Assembly (NCBI GenBank): GCA_046706305.1
Contig: JBJKPQ010000043.1
Span: 1 to 63,725, forward strand
Source of the DNA: Bacteroidales bacterium
Lineage (GTDB): Bacteria; Bacteroidota; Bacteroidia; Bacteroidales; VadinHA17
DNA length: 63,725 nt
Direction: 5' to 3'
Position 1 is the stretch's first letter. Each line of letters opens with the position of its first letter. Both the position numbers and the translations under genes were made by a program. A model generated the notes under the pieces. The model did no database searches. It worked only from the letters and a program-made list of their open reading frames with translations, and was not told where the DNA came from. This document shows positions 1 through 10,509 of the stretch, one piece after another.

Positions 1-1
1 G

Positions 2-136
2 TCCTCTTAACCCGGTAACAAAGCGGGCATTATGATAGTTATTCCCATTAGCGAGAAGAAAAATGGAGACACCCTCAAGAATAATAAAGATGATAAGATT
101 ATTAAATTTCAGCAGAAAATTAAGTAAACTCCTCAT
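2..136 (-). CDS. mreC: Rod shape-determining protein MreC, N-terminal fragment (runs off window edge)
   Basis: Manual minus-strand translation from ATG at 136 gives MRSLLNFLLKFNNLIIFIILEGVSIFLLANGNNYHNARF, a Bacteroidota MreC-like N-terminal TM segment directly downstream of mreB. Confidence 0.8.
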   Translation of the reverse strand, partial: MRSLLNFLLKFNNLIIFIILEGVSIFLLANGNNYHNARFVTGLRG

Positions 137-149
137 TATAAGGGTTTGA

Positions 150-1172
150 TTATCTCATTAGAAACTGGAACTTTTCTACATTTTTAAGAGCTACCCCCGT
201 ACCCCTTGCAACTGCATGAAGCGGATCCTCAACAACATTAAAGTTAATATTTATTTTATCAGCAAGTCTCCTGTCCAGCCCGCGCAGGAGTGCTCCGCCT
301 CCGGCCAGGTAGATCCCCTTGTTTACTATGTCGGCGTAAAGTTCGGGCGGTGTCTGTTCAAGAACACTCAGAAGAGCTGCCTCCACTTTTGAAAGGGATT
401 TGTCGAGGCAATAAGCAATCTCCTGGTACGAAATGGGTATCTCAATAGGCAGAGCCGTCATTATATTCGGACCTCTGACAATAAAATCGGCCGGAGGATT
501 ATCAATATCAGGAAGTGCCGCACCAACTGCTATTTTTATGTCTTCGGCTGTACGTTCGCCTATTTTAATATTATGCTGGTGCCGCATATATGCCTGGATA
601 TCTGCTGTAAAACCATCGCCCGCTATCCTTATCGATTTATTGCAAACGATACCTCCCAGGGCTATAACCGCTATCTCTGTTGTCCCTCCTCCTATATCAA
701 CCACCATGCAACCTTCAGGAGCCTCAACATCGAGTCCTATACCTATTGCAGCAGCCATTGGTTCATAGATCATATAGACATCACGTCCTCCTGCATGCTC
801 CGACGAATCCCTTACAGCCCTGATTTCAACTTCGGTACTGCCTGAGGGAATGCATACTACCATCTTCAGGGAGGGAGCAAAAAGACGTGGTCCCTTGTTA
901 ATTAGTTTAATCATTCCCCTGATCATGAGCTCCGCAGCATTGAAGTCGGCTATTACACCATCCCTTAGGGGCCTTATCGTCTTAATGTTTTCATGTGTCT
1001 TACCATGCATTTGCCTGGCCTGTTCGCCAATGGCGATAAGCTTCCCTGTTACTTTGTCGATAGCCACAATGGATGGTTCATCAACAACAATTTTATCATT
1101 ATTGATAATGATGGTGTTTGCAGTTCCGAGATCAATTGCAATTTCCTGCGTTAAGAATGAAAATACGCCCAT
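150..1172 (-). CDS. mreB: Rod shape-determining protein MreB
   Basis: IAIDLGTANT, IRPLRDGVIADF, VDIGGGTTE, LAGGGALL actin-like motifs. Confidence 0.98.
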   Translation of the reverse strand: MGVFSFLTQEIAIDLGTANTIIINNDKIVVDEPSIVAIDKVTGKLIAIGEQARQMHGKTHENIKTIRPLRDGVIADFNAAELMIRGMIKLINKGPRLFAPSLKMVVCIPSGSTEVEIRAVRDSSEHAGGRDVYMIYEPMAAAIGIGLDVEAPEGCMVVDIGGGTTEIAVIALGGIVCNKSIRIAGDGFTADIQAYMRHQHNIKIGERTAEDIKIAVGAALPDIDNPPADFIVRGPNIMTALPIEIPISYQEIAYCLDKSLSKVEAALLSVLEQTPPELYADIVNKGIYLAGGGALLRGLDRRLADKININFNVVEDPLHAVARGTGVALKNVEKFQFLMR

Positions 1173-1196
1173 GTGTTGAGATAATTAATTAATTTA

Positions 1197-2720
1197 TCAA
1201 TGTCTGAAATGTCTGACTCCTGTAAATACCATTGCCACGCCGTTTGCAGAACAATAATCCACCGAATCCTTGTCCCTTACCGACCCGCCCGGCTGAATTA
1301 CGGCTTTAATACCAGCCTTATGGGCTATCTCCACACTGTCGGCGAAAGGGAAAAACGCATCGGATGCCATAACTGCACCATTAAGATCAAATCCAAAAGT
1401 ACCTGCCTTTTCAATTGCCTGTTTCAATGCATCAACTCTTGATGTCTGTCCGATTCCGCTTGCACACAGCTGTTTATTTTTAGCCAGCACTATAGCATTT
1501 GATTTACTGTGCTTTACAATGATATTAGCAAATACAAGGTCTTCAATCTCTGAAGGTGACGGTTGCCTGTCTGTTACCGGCTTCAGGTCCGCTGCTGTCT
1601 CGGTGCTTGAATCTTTTTCCTGCCATAATACACCATTCAGGAGGGCTCTGTAACTATAATCAGTTTTTACAGCTTCCTTTCTCCTGAGAATTATCCTGTT
1701 CTTTTTCCTGCTCAGAATTTCAAAAGCCACGCTGGAATAATCTGGTGCAATTATTATTTCAAAGAATATCTTGTCGATCTCTTTGGCAGTCTCTTCGTCA
1801 ACTTCCACATTTGTAACAATAATACCTCCATAGGCTGAAAGAGGGTCACAGGCAAGAGCATCGCGCCAGGCTTCAACAGGATTTTCCCTGCAAGCTACCC
1901 CGCATGCATTATTATGTTTGATAACAACATATGTTGTTGCACTGAATTCATCTATAAGACCTAGTGCAGCATCAACATCGAGAAGATTATTATATGAAAG
2001 TTCTTTCCCGTGAAGCTTATCGAAAAGATCGCCGGGATCACCATAGAAAACTCCTTTCTGGTGAGGATTCTCTCCGTACCTGAGAGGATAAAATGAATCT
2101 ATACTTTCACGGAATGCAGGAATGGAAGTATCACTGTTAAAATAATTGAATATAGCCGTATCGTATCCCGATGATACACGAAATGCCCTGGCAGCAAATA
2201 GCCTTCTTTCTTCCAGTGAAGTAACTCCACCACCTGAATCAAGAAGCTCAATAAGATCCATATACTGATCTCTCCCGGAGACAACAACCACATCCTTATA
2301 ATTCTTGGCAGCTGCCCTGATAAGAGATATACCACCTATGTCGATCTTTTCAATTATCTCCTGCTCACCTGCAGCACTTTTCACTGTTTCTTCAAAAGGG
2401 TACAGATCCACAATAACAAGGTCAATCTCCGGAATATTATATTCAGCAAGCTGGTCATGGTCCTTATTGTTGTCTCTCCTTGCCAGAATACCCCCAAAAA
2501 CCGAAGGATGAAGCGTCTTAACCCTTCCACCGAGTATTGATGGGTAATTGGTCAGATCTTCTACTTTTTCCGCTTTAATCCCAAGTTCATTAATAAAGTT
2601 CCAGGTACCTCCTGTTGAGAATATCTTTATCCCCAAATCATTAAGCTTTTTTACAATATCAGCTAATCCTTCTTTATAAAAAACTGAAATAAGAGCACTG
2701 TTAATTTTCTTGTCACTCAT
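1197..2720 (-). CDS. purH: Bifunctional AICAR transformylase/IMP cyclohydrolase
   Basis: GGRVKTLHP, IDIGGISLIRAAAKN, LRYGENPHQ, ASDAFFPF, C-terminal RHFRH. Confidence 0.98.
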   Translation of the reverse strand: MSDKKINSALISVFYKEGLADIVKKLNDLGIKIFSTGGTWNFINELGIKAEKVEDLTNYPSILGGRVKTLHPSVFGGILARRDNNKDHDQLAEYNIPEIDLVIVDLYPFEETVKSAAGEQEIIEKIDIGGISLIRAAAKNYKDVVVVSGRDQYMDLIELLDSGGGVTSLEERRLFAARAFRVSSGYDTAIFNYFNSDTSIPAFRESIDSFYPLRYGENPHQKGVFYGDPGDLFDKLHGKELSYNNLLDVDAALGLIDEFSATTYVVIKHNNACGVACRENPVEAWRDALACDPLSAYGGIIVTNVEVDEETAKEIDKIFFEIIIAPDYSSVAFEILSRKKNRIILRRKEAVKTDYSYRALLNGVLWQEKDSSTETAADLKPVTDRQPSPSEIEDLVFANIIVKHSKSNAIVLAKNKQLCASGIGQTSRVDALKQAIEKAGTFGFDLNGAVMASDAFFPFADSVEIAHKAGIKAVIQPGGSVRDKDSVDYCSANGVAMVFTGVRHFRH

Positions 2721-2911
2721 TTTATGATATTTACGACAGATTTAGGATCCCACTTTAAGGTGGTTAAAAATAGATAATTTTTATTATACTCCATGCAATA
2801 TACTTATGAATATCTTTGATTATTGCTTCTAAATGTCAAAATCATCCGGTAACATAACAAGATGGCACTATTTTGACTGTATTTGCATGACGGCATAATC
2901 AATGATTTTCG

Positions 2912-2919
2912 TATCTTTG
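2912..2919 (+). promoter_or_regulatory. Bacteroidota housekeeping sigma -7 element (TATCTTTG)
   Basis: Matches TAnnTTTG about 35 nt upstream of the ABC permease start. Confidence 0.55.
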
Positions 2920-2953
2920 GAACTTTGTAAATACAAATATTTTTAATCACAAT

Positions 2954-4201
2954 ATGTTTATAAGGCTTCTTAAAGAAAGCTTTCTGTTCGGGCTTAACTC
3001 GATATATGTTAATAAGTTAAGAACATTCCTTTCGTTGTTTGGGATAACAATAGGCATAGTCTCCATTATCTCTGTCTTTACCATTCTTGACTGGATGGAA
3101 AAAGCTATCAGGGATAATATTTCCAGCCTTGGCGATAATGTGCTATATGTTACCAAGTGGCCATGGGGTATTAATACAAACCTGCAATGGTGGGATATCA
3201 TTAAGTGGCCTGCTGTTTCAAAATCGGATTACCAGGCGGTACTGTCTAAATCGACCAAAGCTAAATATGCATGCCTTACGGTAGTCCAGCCCGAACCTAT
3301 AAAGTACAGGAAAAACCTGGCAAGTGATATTAATATTTATGCCGTATCAAACGATTTTGAAAACATACGTTCATTTGAAATCGGTGATGGCCGTTATTTC
3401 TCTCCAGAAGAGATTGCGTCAGGAAGAAATGAAATAATCCTTGGAGCTGTTCTTGCAGAGAGACTGTTTGACAATGAAAACCCGGTAGGCAAACAGGTAA
3501 ATGTAGCCGGGAAAAGGACAACGGTAATAGGAGTTTTCACAAAAGAAGGGAAGGGGGGTATTGGTGATAATGGTATGGACGATATGGCAGTTATTCCGCT
3601 TAATTTCGGAAAGACCTTTATCAACATGAAAAATATGTTCCTCAATTCTACCCTGATGATTAAGGCAAAAGACGGAGTATCGGCCCAGGATCTGAGCGAT
3701 GAAACGACAATGATATTAAGGGCTGCCAGGAGACTGCGACCCGACATGAATGATGATTTCTCCATTAACCGTGCAAGTGTTATATCGCAAAGCTTCGATT
3801 CTGTTTTTGCAGGTATCAACCTTGGCGGATGGGTTATCGGGGGGTTTGCCATCCTTGTGGGCGGATTCGGGATCGCTAATATTATGTTTGTATCGGTAAG
3901 GGAAAGAACCAACCAGATAGGGATACAGAAAGCCCTGGGAGCAAAAAAATTCTTTATTCTTCAGCAGTTCCTTGTCGAATCTGTTCTGTTGTCTGTGATT
4001 GGCGGAGTGCTGGGTGTAATAGTAGTCTTTATGGGAACAATTTTTGTGAATTATGCCTATGAAATGCATATTCATCTGACAGTCGGCAATACCATGCTGG
4101 CCATTTTTATTTCGGGAATTATTGGAATTGTGGCGGGTTATGCTCCGGCTTATTCGGCGGCCAGGATGAACCCCGTTGATGCTATGGGATTCTCCTTCTG
4201 A
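2954..4201 (+). CDS. MacB/FtsX-family ABC transporter permease
   Basis: N-terminal LRTFLSLFGITIGI, periplasmic core, VGGFGIANIMFVSVRERTNQIGIQKALGA, C-terminal PAYSAARMNP. Confidence 0.92.
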   Translation: MFIRLLKESFLFGLNSIYVNKLRTFLSLFGITIGIVSIISVFTILDWMEKAIRDNISSLGDNVLYVTKWPWGINTNLQWWDIIKWPAVSKSDYQAVLSKSTKAKYACLTVVQPEPIKYRKNLASDINIYAVSNDFENIRSFEIGDGRYFSPEEIASGRNEIILGAVLAERLFDNENPVGKQVNVAGKRTTVIGVFTKEGKGGIGDNGMDDMAVIPLNFGKTFINMKNMFLNSTLMIKAKDGVSAQDLSDETTMILRAARRLRPDMNDDFSINRASVISQSFDSVFAGINLGGWVIGGFAILVGGFGIANIMFVSVRERTNQIGIQKALGAKKFFILQQFLVESVLLSVIGGVLGVIVVFMGTIFVNYAYEMHIHLTVGNTMLAIFISGIIGIVAGYAPAYSAARMNPVDAMGFSF

Positions 4202-4205
4202 AAAA

Positions 4206-4976
4206 CTATGAATTTTTTTCTATCCAGTTTGTAAGATCAATAAATCCCTTTACGGATAATTGTTCCGGGCGCAGGCCAAAATCGGGATAATCTTCATTTT
4301 TTAACCTGAAAGCCGCACGTACGGAATTCCTTAAAGTTTTCCTCCTCTGATTGAAACATGATTTTACAACCCTCATAAACAGTTTTTCATCACAGCCCAG
4401 CTCCTCCACTTCGTTACGTACCAGGCGTATCACTCCCGATTTTACTTTGGGAACCGGAACAAAAACATGTTCAGGAACAGTGAACAGGTATTCAGCGTTG
4501 TAGTAAGCCTGGAGCAGCACACTTAGAATTCCATAAGTGCGAGATCCCGGACCGGCGCATATTCTCTCGGCCACTTCCTTTTGCAGCATGCCACATACCT
4601 CTTTCACCCTGTCCTTTTCAGACAGTACCCTGAAAAAAATCTGTGATGATATGTTATAGGGGAAATTACCAATAACGGCCATCGGATCAGGAAAGGCATT
4701 ATCAATATCCATAGTAAGAAAGTCCGATTCCATAATACCTTCAAAACCCGGGAAACGGGAATGCAGGTACCGAACCGATTCCGGATCTATCTCCACTACC
4801 CTGAAATCAGTGAACCCTCTTTTTAAAAGGTAAGCGGTAAGAATGCCCATACCGGGTCCTACCTCAAGGACAGAGTCATAACCTACACCTGTAAGAGAAG
4901 CAGCTATCCGCTCTGCTATTCCTTCATCTTTTAGAAAATGCTGCCCAAGATTTTTTTTGGGTCTTACTTTATTCAT
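4206..4976 (-). CDS. rsmA: 16S rRNA m6,2A1518/1519 dimethyltransferase
   Basis: PKKNLGQHFL, VLEVGPGMG, GNFPYNIS, FNQRRKTLRN. Confidence 0.97.
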   Translation of the reverse strand: MNKVRPKKNLGQHFLKDEGIAERIAASLTGVGYDSVLEVGPGMGILTAYLLKRGFTDFRVVEIDPESVRYLHSRFPGFEGIMESDFLTMDIDNAFPDPMAVIGNFPYNISSQIFFRVLSEKDRVKEVCGMLQKEVAERICAGPGSRTYGILSVLLQAYYNAEYLFTVPEHVFVPVPKVKSGVIRLVRNEVEELGCDEKLFMRVVKSCFNQRRKTLRNSVRAAFRLKNEDYPDFGLRPEQLSVKGFIDLTNWIEKNS

Positions 4977-5002
4977 CTGTACGAATATTATTCCGGTTTA
5001 TA

Positions 5003-8000
5003 TCAGAATTGCAGCAGATCACGTCCATATTTCCTCAGGATAGGCAGCTTTAAGTGTTCCAGTAATACTATAAAGCGCTTGAGCAGGTTGTAATATAATG
5101 CTGCAAACAAAAGGAATATCATAATCCATATGGCCAGCAGGTTAAAAATAAGAGTACCTATCTTCAAATTTCCAATCTGTTTGAAAGGTGCAAAAAAATG
5201 AGCCCTTCCGTACCTTGACAGCGGATGCATAAATACGGGGTCGGCCTTTTGAATGAACCTGTCGCCAGCATCATATATCTTACTTGTGGAAAGACGGTTA
5301 AGTACAACATCTGCAAGACTCTCATTGTAATTCTCATCCCGCAGTTTCTGAAACTCCGAATCTCCTATCTTGCTGGTAATCTGCCTGTAAAGTGAATCCC
5401 TGGCATATGAATACTTCCTGTCCTCAACCCTGAAATACATCTTCAGGCTGTCGAGTAAATGGTTGGCATCTTCTGCTATGGTACCATTGAAGTCCTGATA
5501 ATTGAGATTATTCAGCCAGGCGCCCGCATTGATCCCTGAAATGTGCGAAAGGTCCCTTATGTGATAATTCAGTTTCTCAAAATTGCTTTTTGAATAATCC
5601 ATGTAATCAGGATCCTTTCCTGCAGTCAGACACTCATTCACCTTGGTTTTTAAAGCCGGGATAAGAAATGATGCATACCAGTCATTCTGGCTTATTTCCA
5701 TATCATCCTTAAAGAAGGGTTTTTCAAATTTATTGCTTTTGAATTCTTCCACGCAGAGTGCCTCATAGGCCCATCTTGTCACCATCATGTCTCCTACCAC
5801 AGGAACATATATCTTTTTACTTATCGATCTGTGCAGATCATCAAATTTGATCATGGCGCCGCCAAGCAACAACTGAGGAACAAGTATCAACGGGATAAGG
5901 ATATAAATGCTGACAGCCGTTCTCATTCCCGCGGATATGTTTAATCCCATCAGGTTACCAAAGCAGGCTGTGGAAAACAAAACTATCCATTGCTGAAGCA
6001 ACATCCCCTTCACATCAAGAATAAGATTAGCCACCACGATAAATGTAAGAGACTGTATGGCAGATAAGGTAAACAGGAAATTGATCTTGGAAATAAGATA
6101 GCTCAACCTGCTAAGATTAAGGAACTTTTCCCTTTCCAGAATCTTCCTGTCACGGAAAATTTCTTCAGCACTGACAGTCAGCCCGATAAAAAGAGCAACT
6201 ATTACTGACATGAAAAGGAAGATCGGGTAGTTCTTGTTATTGGCAAAGCTGTATGAGCTGTTTTCACTGAATTTGGAAATATATCCCAGTATGAAGGCCA
6301 GCAGAGGAGCTTCCAGAAGGTTAATTATCATATACTGACGGTCAGCCAGTTTTCTTGTAATATTACGCCGTATAAAAGTCCTTATTTGCTCGGCTTTCCT
6401 GGGAACCCTGAAGTTACTCGGGGGAATAGCTGTTTTGGAAGGCCTGTCACCCAGCACAGGCATCATCTTCTTTTTATACTTCTCGTACCATTCTTTAGGA
6501 CTGATCTGCCTATCCTTGCCGGGATATCCGCTATTATCAATAACCTTAACCTCTACTATATGCAGGATGCTGTCAGTTTCAACATTACCACAATTCGGGC
6601 ACTCACTCTGCCCTGCATTAGCCTGCGATGTTTCGGTCTTAAAATAAACCAGTGCTTCAACAGGATCCCCGTCATATATCATATATCCGCCCTTGTCGAG
6701 CAACCATAGCCTGTCGAACATTTTTATTATATCAGACGAAGGCTGGTGTATAATTGCAAAGACAAGCTTACCACTCAGTGACTGGTTGCGCAGAAGTGTC
6801 ATTACCTTTTCGGAGTCGAAGGAAGATAATCCGGAAGTTGGTTCATCTATAAAAAGAATAACAGGCTCACGCATTAGCTCGAGGCCGATATTAAGCCTCT
6901 TACGCTGTCCGCCGCTAACCTTCTTGTTAAGAATATCTCCTACCTGAAGATCCTTTATATCGTAAAGATCGAGATCCTGAAGTACTTTTTCAACTGTGCT
7001 TTTCAACTGTGCTTCTTCATAATCACCAAAGCACAAACGGGCATTAAAATAGAGGTTCTGATAAACAGTGAGTTCCTCAATAAGCATATCATCCTGCGGT
7101 ACAAAACCAATAAGACCTTTCAGCTCTTCCGAGTCAGAATTAATATCATATCCGTTTATGTATATATTACCGCTGGTAGGCTGAGTTTTTCCGTGAAGAA
7201 GATTCAGCAATGTTGTTTTACCCACTCCACTACCACCCATTATACCTATCAGGTTCCCCGATTCCACGCGGAAATTCATCTTCTGAATCCCGTTCTCTGA
7301 ATTCCTGAACTTATATTCCACATCATGGCCTTCAAAGAATATCTTCTCCGGAAACTTTCTGGAGACAAATTTCTTGAAGATCTTTGAGTAATATATGGGG
7401 TCTATTCCCTGACCCTTAATATTGACACCCCGTTCGAGCAGGTAGGGCCGGCAGGCAATTATATCCCGTCCCTTAAAATAGAGTACCAGCGGACCATCAT
7501 AAGTTATAAGGAGGGTTCCTGTGCTTTCTATATGAAGGACAACCAGGTGGCCCTTAAAACCTTTAATCCTTATATGCCTCCATTTATTGTAGTTCTTATA
7601 TAATGATGCACCGGATAACTCAGGATTATCGCTCTCAATTATTAACAAACAGTCGGGAGTGACTTCATCATAAGAACGGCCGATCATGAAGGCAGTGGCG
7701 TTTTCATACTCTTTCCTGGAGATATTAAACGTCCTGGCAACAATATCTATGATTGTCTTTTCCTGTTCCGATATCATGCCGTCCTCAAAGGCAAACTCTA
7801 TAAGCTGCAGGAAAACTATCATCCTTTCCTCCAGGAACAGTCCCTTTTTGATCTGACGGCATATATTAGTAATCTGAAATGAAATAAGTGAATCATCATC
7901 CGACAACTCAGCCTTATCAACGCTTTTCAGCTCATTATAATAAAACTCGAGATTATTCTCAAAAAGAGCAAAATACTCCTCTTCCAGTTCCCTGCTGAGA

Positions 8001-8116
8001 TAACGCCTCAGATAACTTCTTAAGATCTTTCGGCCCCGCGAAGAAATTCCACCCGGATTTATGGTGGAAACAATTGCAAAAATATGAATTAAAGCAAGTA
8101 GAACAGATTCTCTCAT
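5003..8116 (-). CDS. Large ABCG/White-type ABC transporter (NBD-TMD order) with N-terminal TerB-like domain
   Basis: Walker A GGSGVGKTT, signature SGGQRKR, Walker B FIDEP, H-loop IIHQPS; ABC-2-like TM block in the C-terminal half; N-terminal DGMISEQEKTIIDIVARTFNIS resembles TerB/DjlA. Confidence 0.85.
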   Translation of the reverse strand: MRESVLLALIHIFAIVSTINPGGISSRGRKILRSYLRRYLSRELEEEYFALFENNLEFYYNELKSVDKAELSDDDSLISFQITNICRQIKKGLFLEERMIVFLQLIEFAFEDGMISEQEKTIIDIVARTFNISRKEYENATAFMIGRSYDEVTPDCLLIIESDNPELSGASLYKNYNKWRHIRIKGFKGHLVVLHIESTGTLLITYDGPLVLYFKGRDIIACRPYLLERGVNIKGQGIDPIYYSKIFKKFVSRKFPEKIFFEGHDVEYKFRNSENGIQKMNFRVESGNLIGIMGGSGVGKTTLLNLLHGKTQPTSGNIYINGYDINSDSEELKGLIGFVPQDDMLIEELTVYQNLYFNARLCFGDYEEAQLKSTVEKVLQDLDLYDIKDLQVGDILNKKVSGGQRKRLNIGLELMREPVILFIDEPTSGLSSFDSEKVMTLLRNQSLSGKLVFAIIHQPSSDIIKMFDRLWLLDKGGYMIYDGDPVEALVYFKTETSQANAGQSECPNCGNVETDSILHIVEVKVIDNSGYPGKDRQISPKEWYEKYKKKMMPVLGDRPSKTAIPPSNFRVPRKAEQIRTFIRRNITRKLADRQYMIINLLEAPLLAFILGYISKFSENSSYSFANNKNYPIFLFMSVIVALFIGLTVSAEEIFRDRKILEREKFLNLSRLSYLISKINFLFTLSAIQSLTFIVVANLILDVKGMLLQQWIVLFSTACFGNLMGLNISAGMRTAVSIYILIPLILVPQLLLGGAMIKFDDLHRSISKKIYVPVVGDMMVTRWAYEALCVEEFKSNKFEKPFFKDDMEISQNDWYASFLIPALKTKVNECLTAGKDPDYMDYSKSNFEKLNYHIRDLSHISGINAGAWLNNLNYQDFNGTIAEDANHLLDSLKMYFRVEDRKYSYARDSLYRQITSKIGDSEFQKLRDENYNESLADVVLNRLSTSKIYDAGDRFIQKADPVFMHPLSRYGRAHFFAPFKQIGNLKIGTLIFNLLAIWIMIFLLFAALYYNLLKRFIVLLEHLKLPILRKYGRDLLQF

Positions 8117-8132
8117 TCAGGTACCGGATAAT

Positions 8133-8165
8133 AAAAAGACCGCAAAGACAGTACCTTTGCGGCCT
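8133..8165 (-). terminator. Intrinsic terminator between the lipoprotein and ABC transporter genes
   Basis: Minus strand reads AGGCCGCAAAG-GTACTGT-CTTTGCGGTCT followed by TTTT. Confidence 0.6.
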
Positions 8166-8181
8166 GGTATTTAAGAATTAT

Positions 8182-9003
8182 TTATTGTATGATCTTACTT
8201 CTTATATCAACTATGGCTGTTGTTATATCTTTAATATTCTGCTCGGTAAGGCTGGTCCCGATCCCGTCATAAACCTTTTTGACCGGATCAAGAGTCTTTA
8301 CAAAATCACTAACTGTCTGATTATTCATGTAGGGCTGGGTTATCTCAAGGTATTGATCGAGAGATTTCTTTTGCTCAAGCAGTACTTTTGAGATACCTTC
8401 ATACTGGTAAGCAGCATCAGACACCTGTGTTGTAAGCCATACTCCTTCCACCCAGGCACCACCAACAACAAGCAGGGCAAGAGGTTGCTGATCATTCTGA
8501 ATAAGATAAGCATAAGTATTATTGAAGGCATTTGTAAGTATGTTAACGAGAGTATCTCTTTTGTCGAAATTATTCTTTATCTCGTTATACAGGTTTTCAT
8601 CGTATATCTTAGACATATTCAACTCATTGGCCAGGGATCTTATTGCACTCAGGTAATCAATAACAGCCTGTTGCTGATTATAAATTGTTGCATAACTGAG
8701 ATCTGCCCCGTACACACCAACATTAATTGCGCGCGCTGAACTGCTGAAGTATTTCTTGGAGTTTTCAACAGGATTTGTAATTCCAAAAGTATAACCAACT
8801 TCAAATTCCGATAGCATTTTTATAACCTGTGCGGAAGTAGGTAATGGATATACATTGGTTTCAATCTGGTTCTCAATAGTTTTTGCCTGCTGTTCTTCAA
8901 TCTTCTTCTGTTGTTTGGCAGCTTCCCTGTTCTTACAAGACGTAAGGCCTGTAAATCCCAGTATCATCAAAGGAAGTATAATACCTGCAATAATCTTTTT
9001 CAT
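8182..9003 (-). CDS. Uncharacterised helical lipoprotein
   Basis: Lipobox LTSC; motifs AINVGVYGADLSY and GGAWVEG; 273 aa. Confidence 0.85.
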   Translation of the reverse strand: MKKIIAGIILPLMILGFTGLTSCKNREAAKQQKKIEEQQAKTIENQIETNVYPLPTSAQVIKMLSEFEVGYTFGITNPVENSKKYFSSSARAINVGVYGADLSYATIYNQQQAVIDYLSAIRSLANELNMSKIYDENLYNEIKNNFDKRDTLVNILTNAFNNTYAYLIQNDQQPLALLVVGGAWVEGVWLTTQVSDAAYQYEGISKVLLEQKKSLDQYLEITQPYMNNQTVSDFVKTLDPVKKVYDGIGTSLTEQNIKDITTAIVDIRSKIIQ

Positions 9004-9315
9004 TTTCAGTCAGTTTTATTATTTAAATTACCGTTTAAAATCCGTCCATAAAAGTAAATAAAAATATTGAAAATATTTAGTGACTTATATTTGTAGTAGT
9101 CAAAATCTCAAATTTTTCACTTTAAATTATTGTTTTTTTAACCAGTATAACATCCAACATGTAAAAACGGTTGAAAATAATAAAATCACATTAACAAAAA
9201 GCAACTCTCTTATCATTTTATCTTTTAATGATCATTAGCATACATCCCCGGTCGTAACAGCAGATAATACATAATTTTATGTATCTTTATGCCCCTGAAT
9301 TGATAGTTTATTTTC

Positions 9316-10491
9316 ATGACCTGGAATTTTGATGAATTAGTTGTAAGAGAGGATACTAACAGTGTAAAGTACGATTTAAGAAAAGAGGTTTTCGGCAAAA
9401 AGGATATTATACCCATGTGGGTTGCCGACATGGATTTCAAAACTCCCGGTTTTATAACCAGGGCTCTGCATGAGCGTACGGACCATGGCATTTTTGGCTA
9501 TTCATTCAGGCCGGAAGAATATTACACTTCAATAATCAGCTGGCTCGGCAAAAGACATTCGTGGCACATACAAAAGGAATGGATAAATTTCAGTCCTGGC
9601 ATTGTTCCCGCTCTTAATTTCAGCACTCTTGCCTTTACCGAACCCGGCGACAGTATTATTGTGCAACCTCCTGTATATTTCCCTTTCTTTTCGGCTGTTG
9701 AGGCCCACAACAGGAAACTGGTCCACAACAGGCTGAAGTTTAACAACGGACGATGGGAAATGGATCTTGAGAACCTGAAGAAGCTGATCAGCAGCAAAAC
9801 TAAAATGATTATTATCTCCAATCCGCATAATCCGGTAGGAAGGGCCTGGACAGAAGAAGAGCTTAAAGAACTGGCAGGTATCTGCATTGAAAAAAACATA
9901 CACATCCTTTCTGATGAGATACACTCGGATCTTGTTCTGCCCGGTCACAGGCACATTCCCATGGCAAAGCTTTCGGAAGATATTGCAGGTAGGACAGTCA
10001 CATTTATTGCCCCGAGTAAAACCTTTAACCTGGCAGGCTTATCAACATCATCAGTCATTATTTCCGACCCAGGTCTCCGGAGATCTTTTACAAGTGTCGT
10101 GGAGAGCCTTCACATAGGAGGCGGCAACATATTTGGTACTGTAGCCTCTACTGCGGCTTACCTTTATGGAAGCGATTGGCTGGATGCCCTGCTTGAATAT
10201 GTCGATAAAAACATTAGTTATGCTGTTGAATATTTCAGGAAGAGGATACCTGAAATTATACCTGTTCAGCCCGAAGCCACATATATGGTCTGGCTCGATT
10301 GCAACAGGCTGGGCATGAAAGGAAAGGAGCTACAGGATTTTTTTGTTAAAAAGGCAGGTGTGGGCATGAACGAGGGCTCGGTATTCGGTCCTGGAGGTGA
10401 AGGTTTTATGAGGATGAATCTTGCAACAAGAAGACAGACTGTTATGAAAGCAATGGAACAGATTGAGAAAGCTGTTTCACTTATCAGATAA
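9316..10491 (+). CDS. PatB/MalY-family PLP-dependent cystathionine beta-lyase / C-S lyase
   Basis: PMWVADMDF, NPHNPVGR, SDEIHSD, APSKTFNLAGL. Confidence 0.93.
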   Translation: MTWNFDELVVREDTNSVKYDLRKEVFGKKDIIPMWVADMDFKTPGFITRALHERTDHGIFGYSFRPEEYYTSIISWLGKRHSWHIQKEWINFSPGIVPALNFSTLAFTEPGDSIIVQPPVYFPFFSAVEAHNRKLVHNRLKFNNGRWEMDLENLKKLISSKTKMIIISNPHNPVGRAWTEEELKELAGICIEKNIHILSDEIHSDLVLPGHRHIPMAKLSEDIAGRTVTFIAPSKTFNLAGLSTSSVIISDPGLRRSFTSVVESLHIGGGNIFGTVASTAAYLYGSDWLDALLEYVDKNISYAVEYFRKRIPEIIPVQPEATYMVWLDCNRLGMKGKELQDFFVKKAGVGMNEGSVFGPGGEGFMRMNLATRRQTVMKAMEQIEKAVSLIR

Positions 10492-10509
10492 CCAGTTATA
10501 CATAATAGA

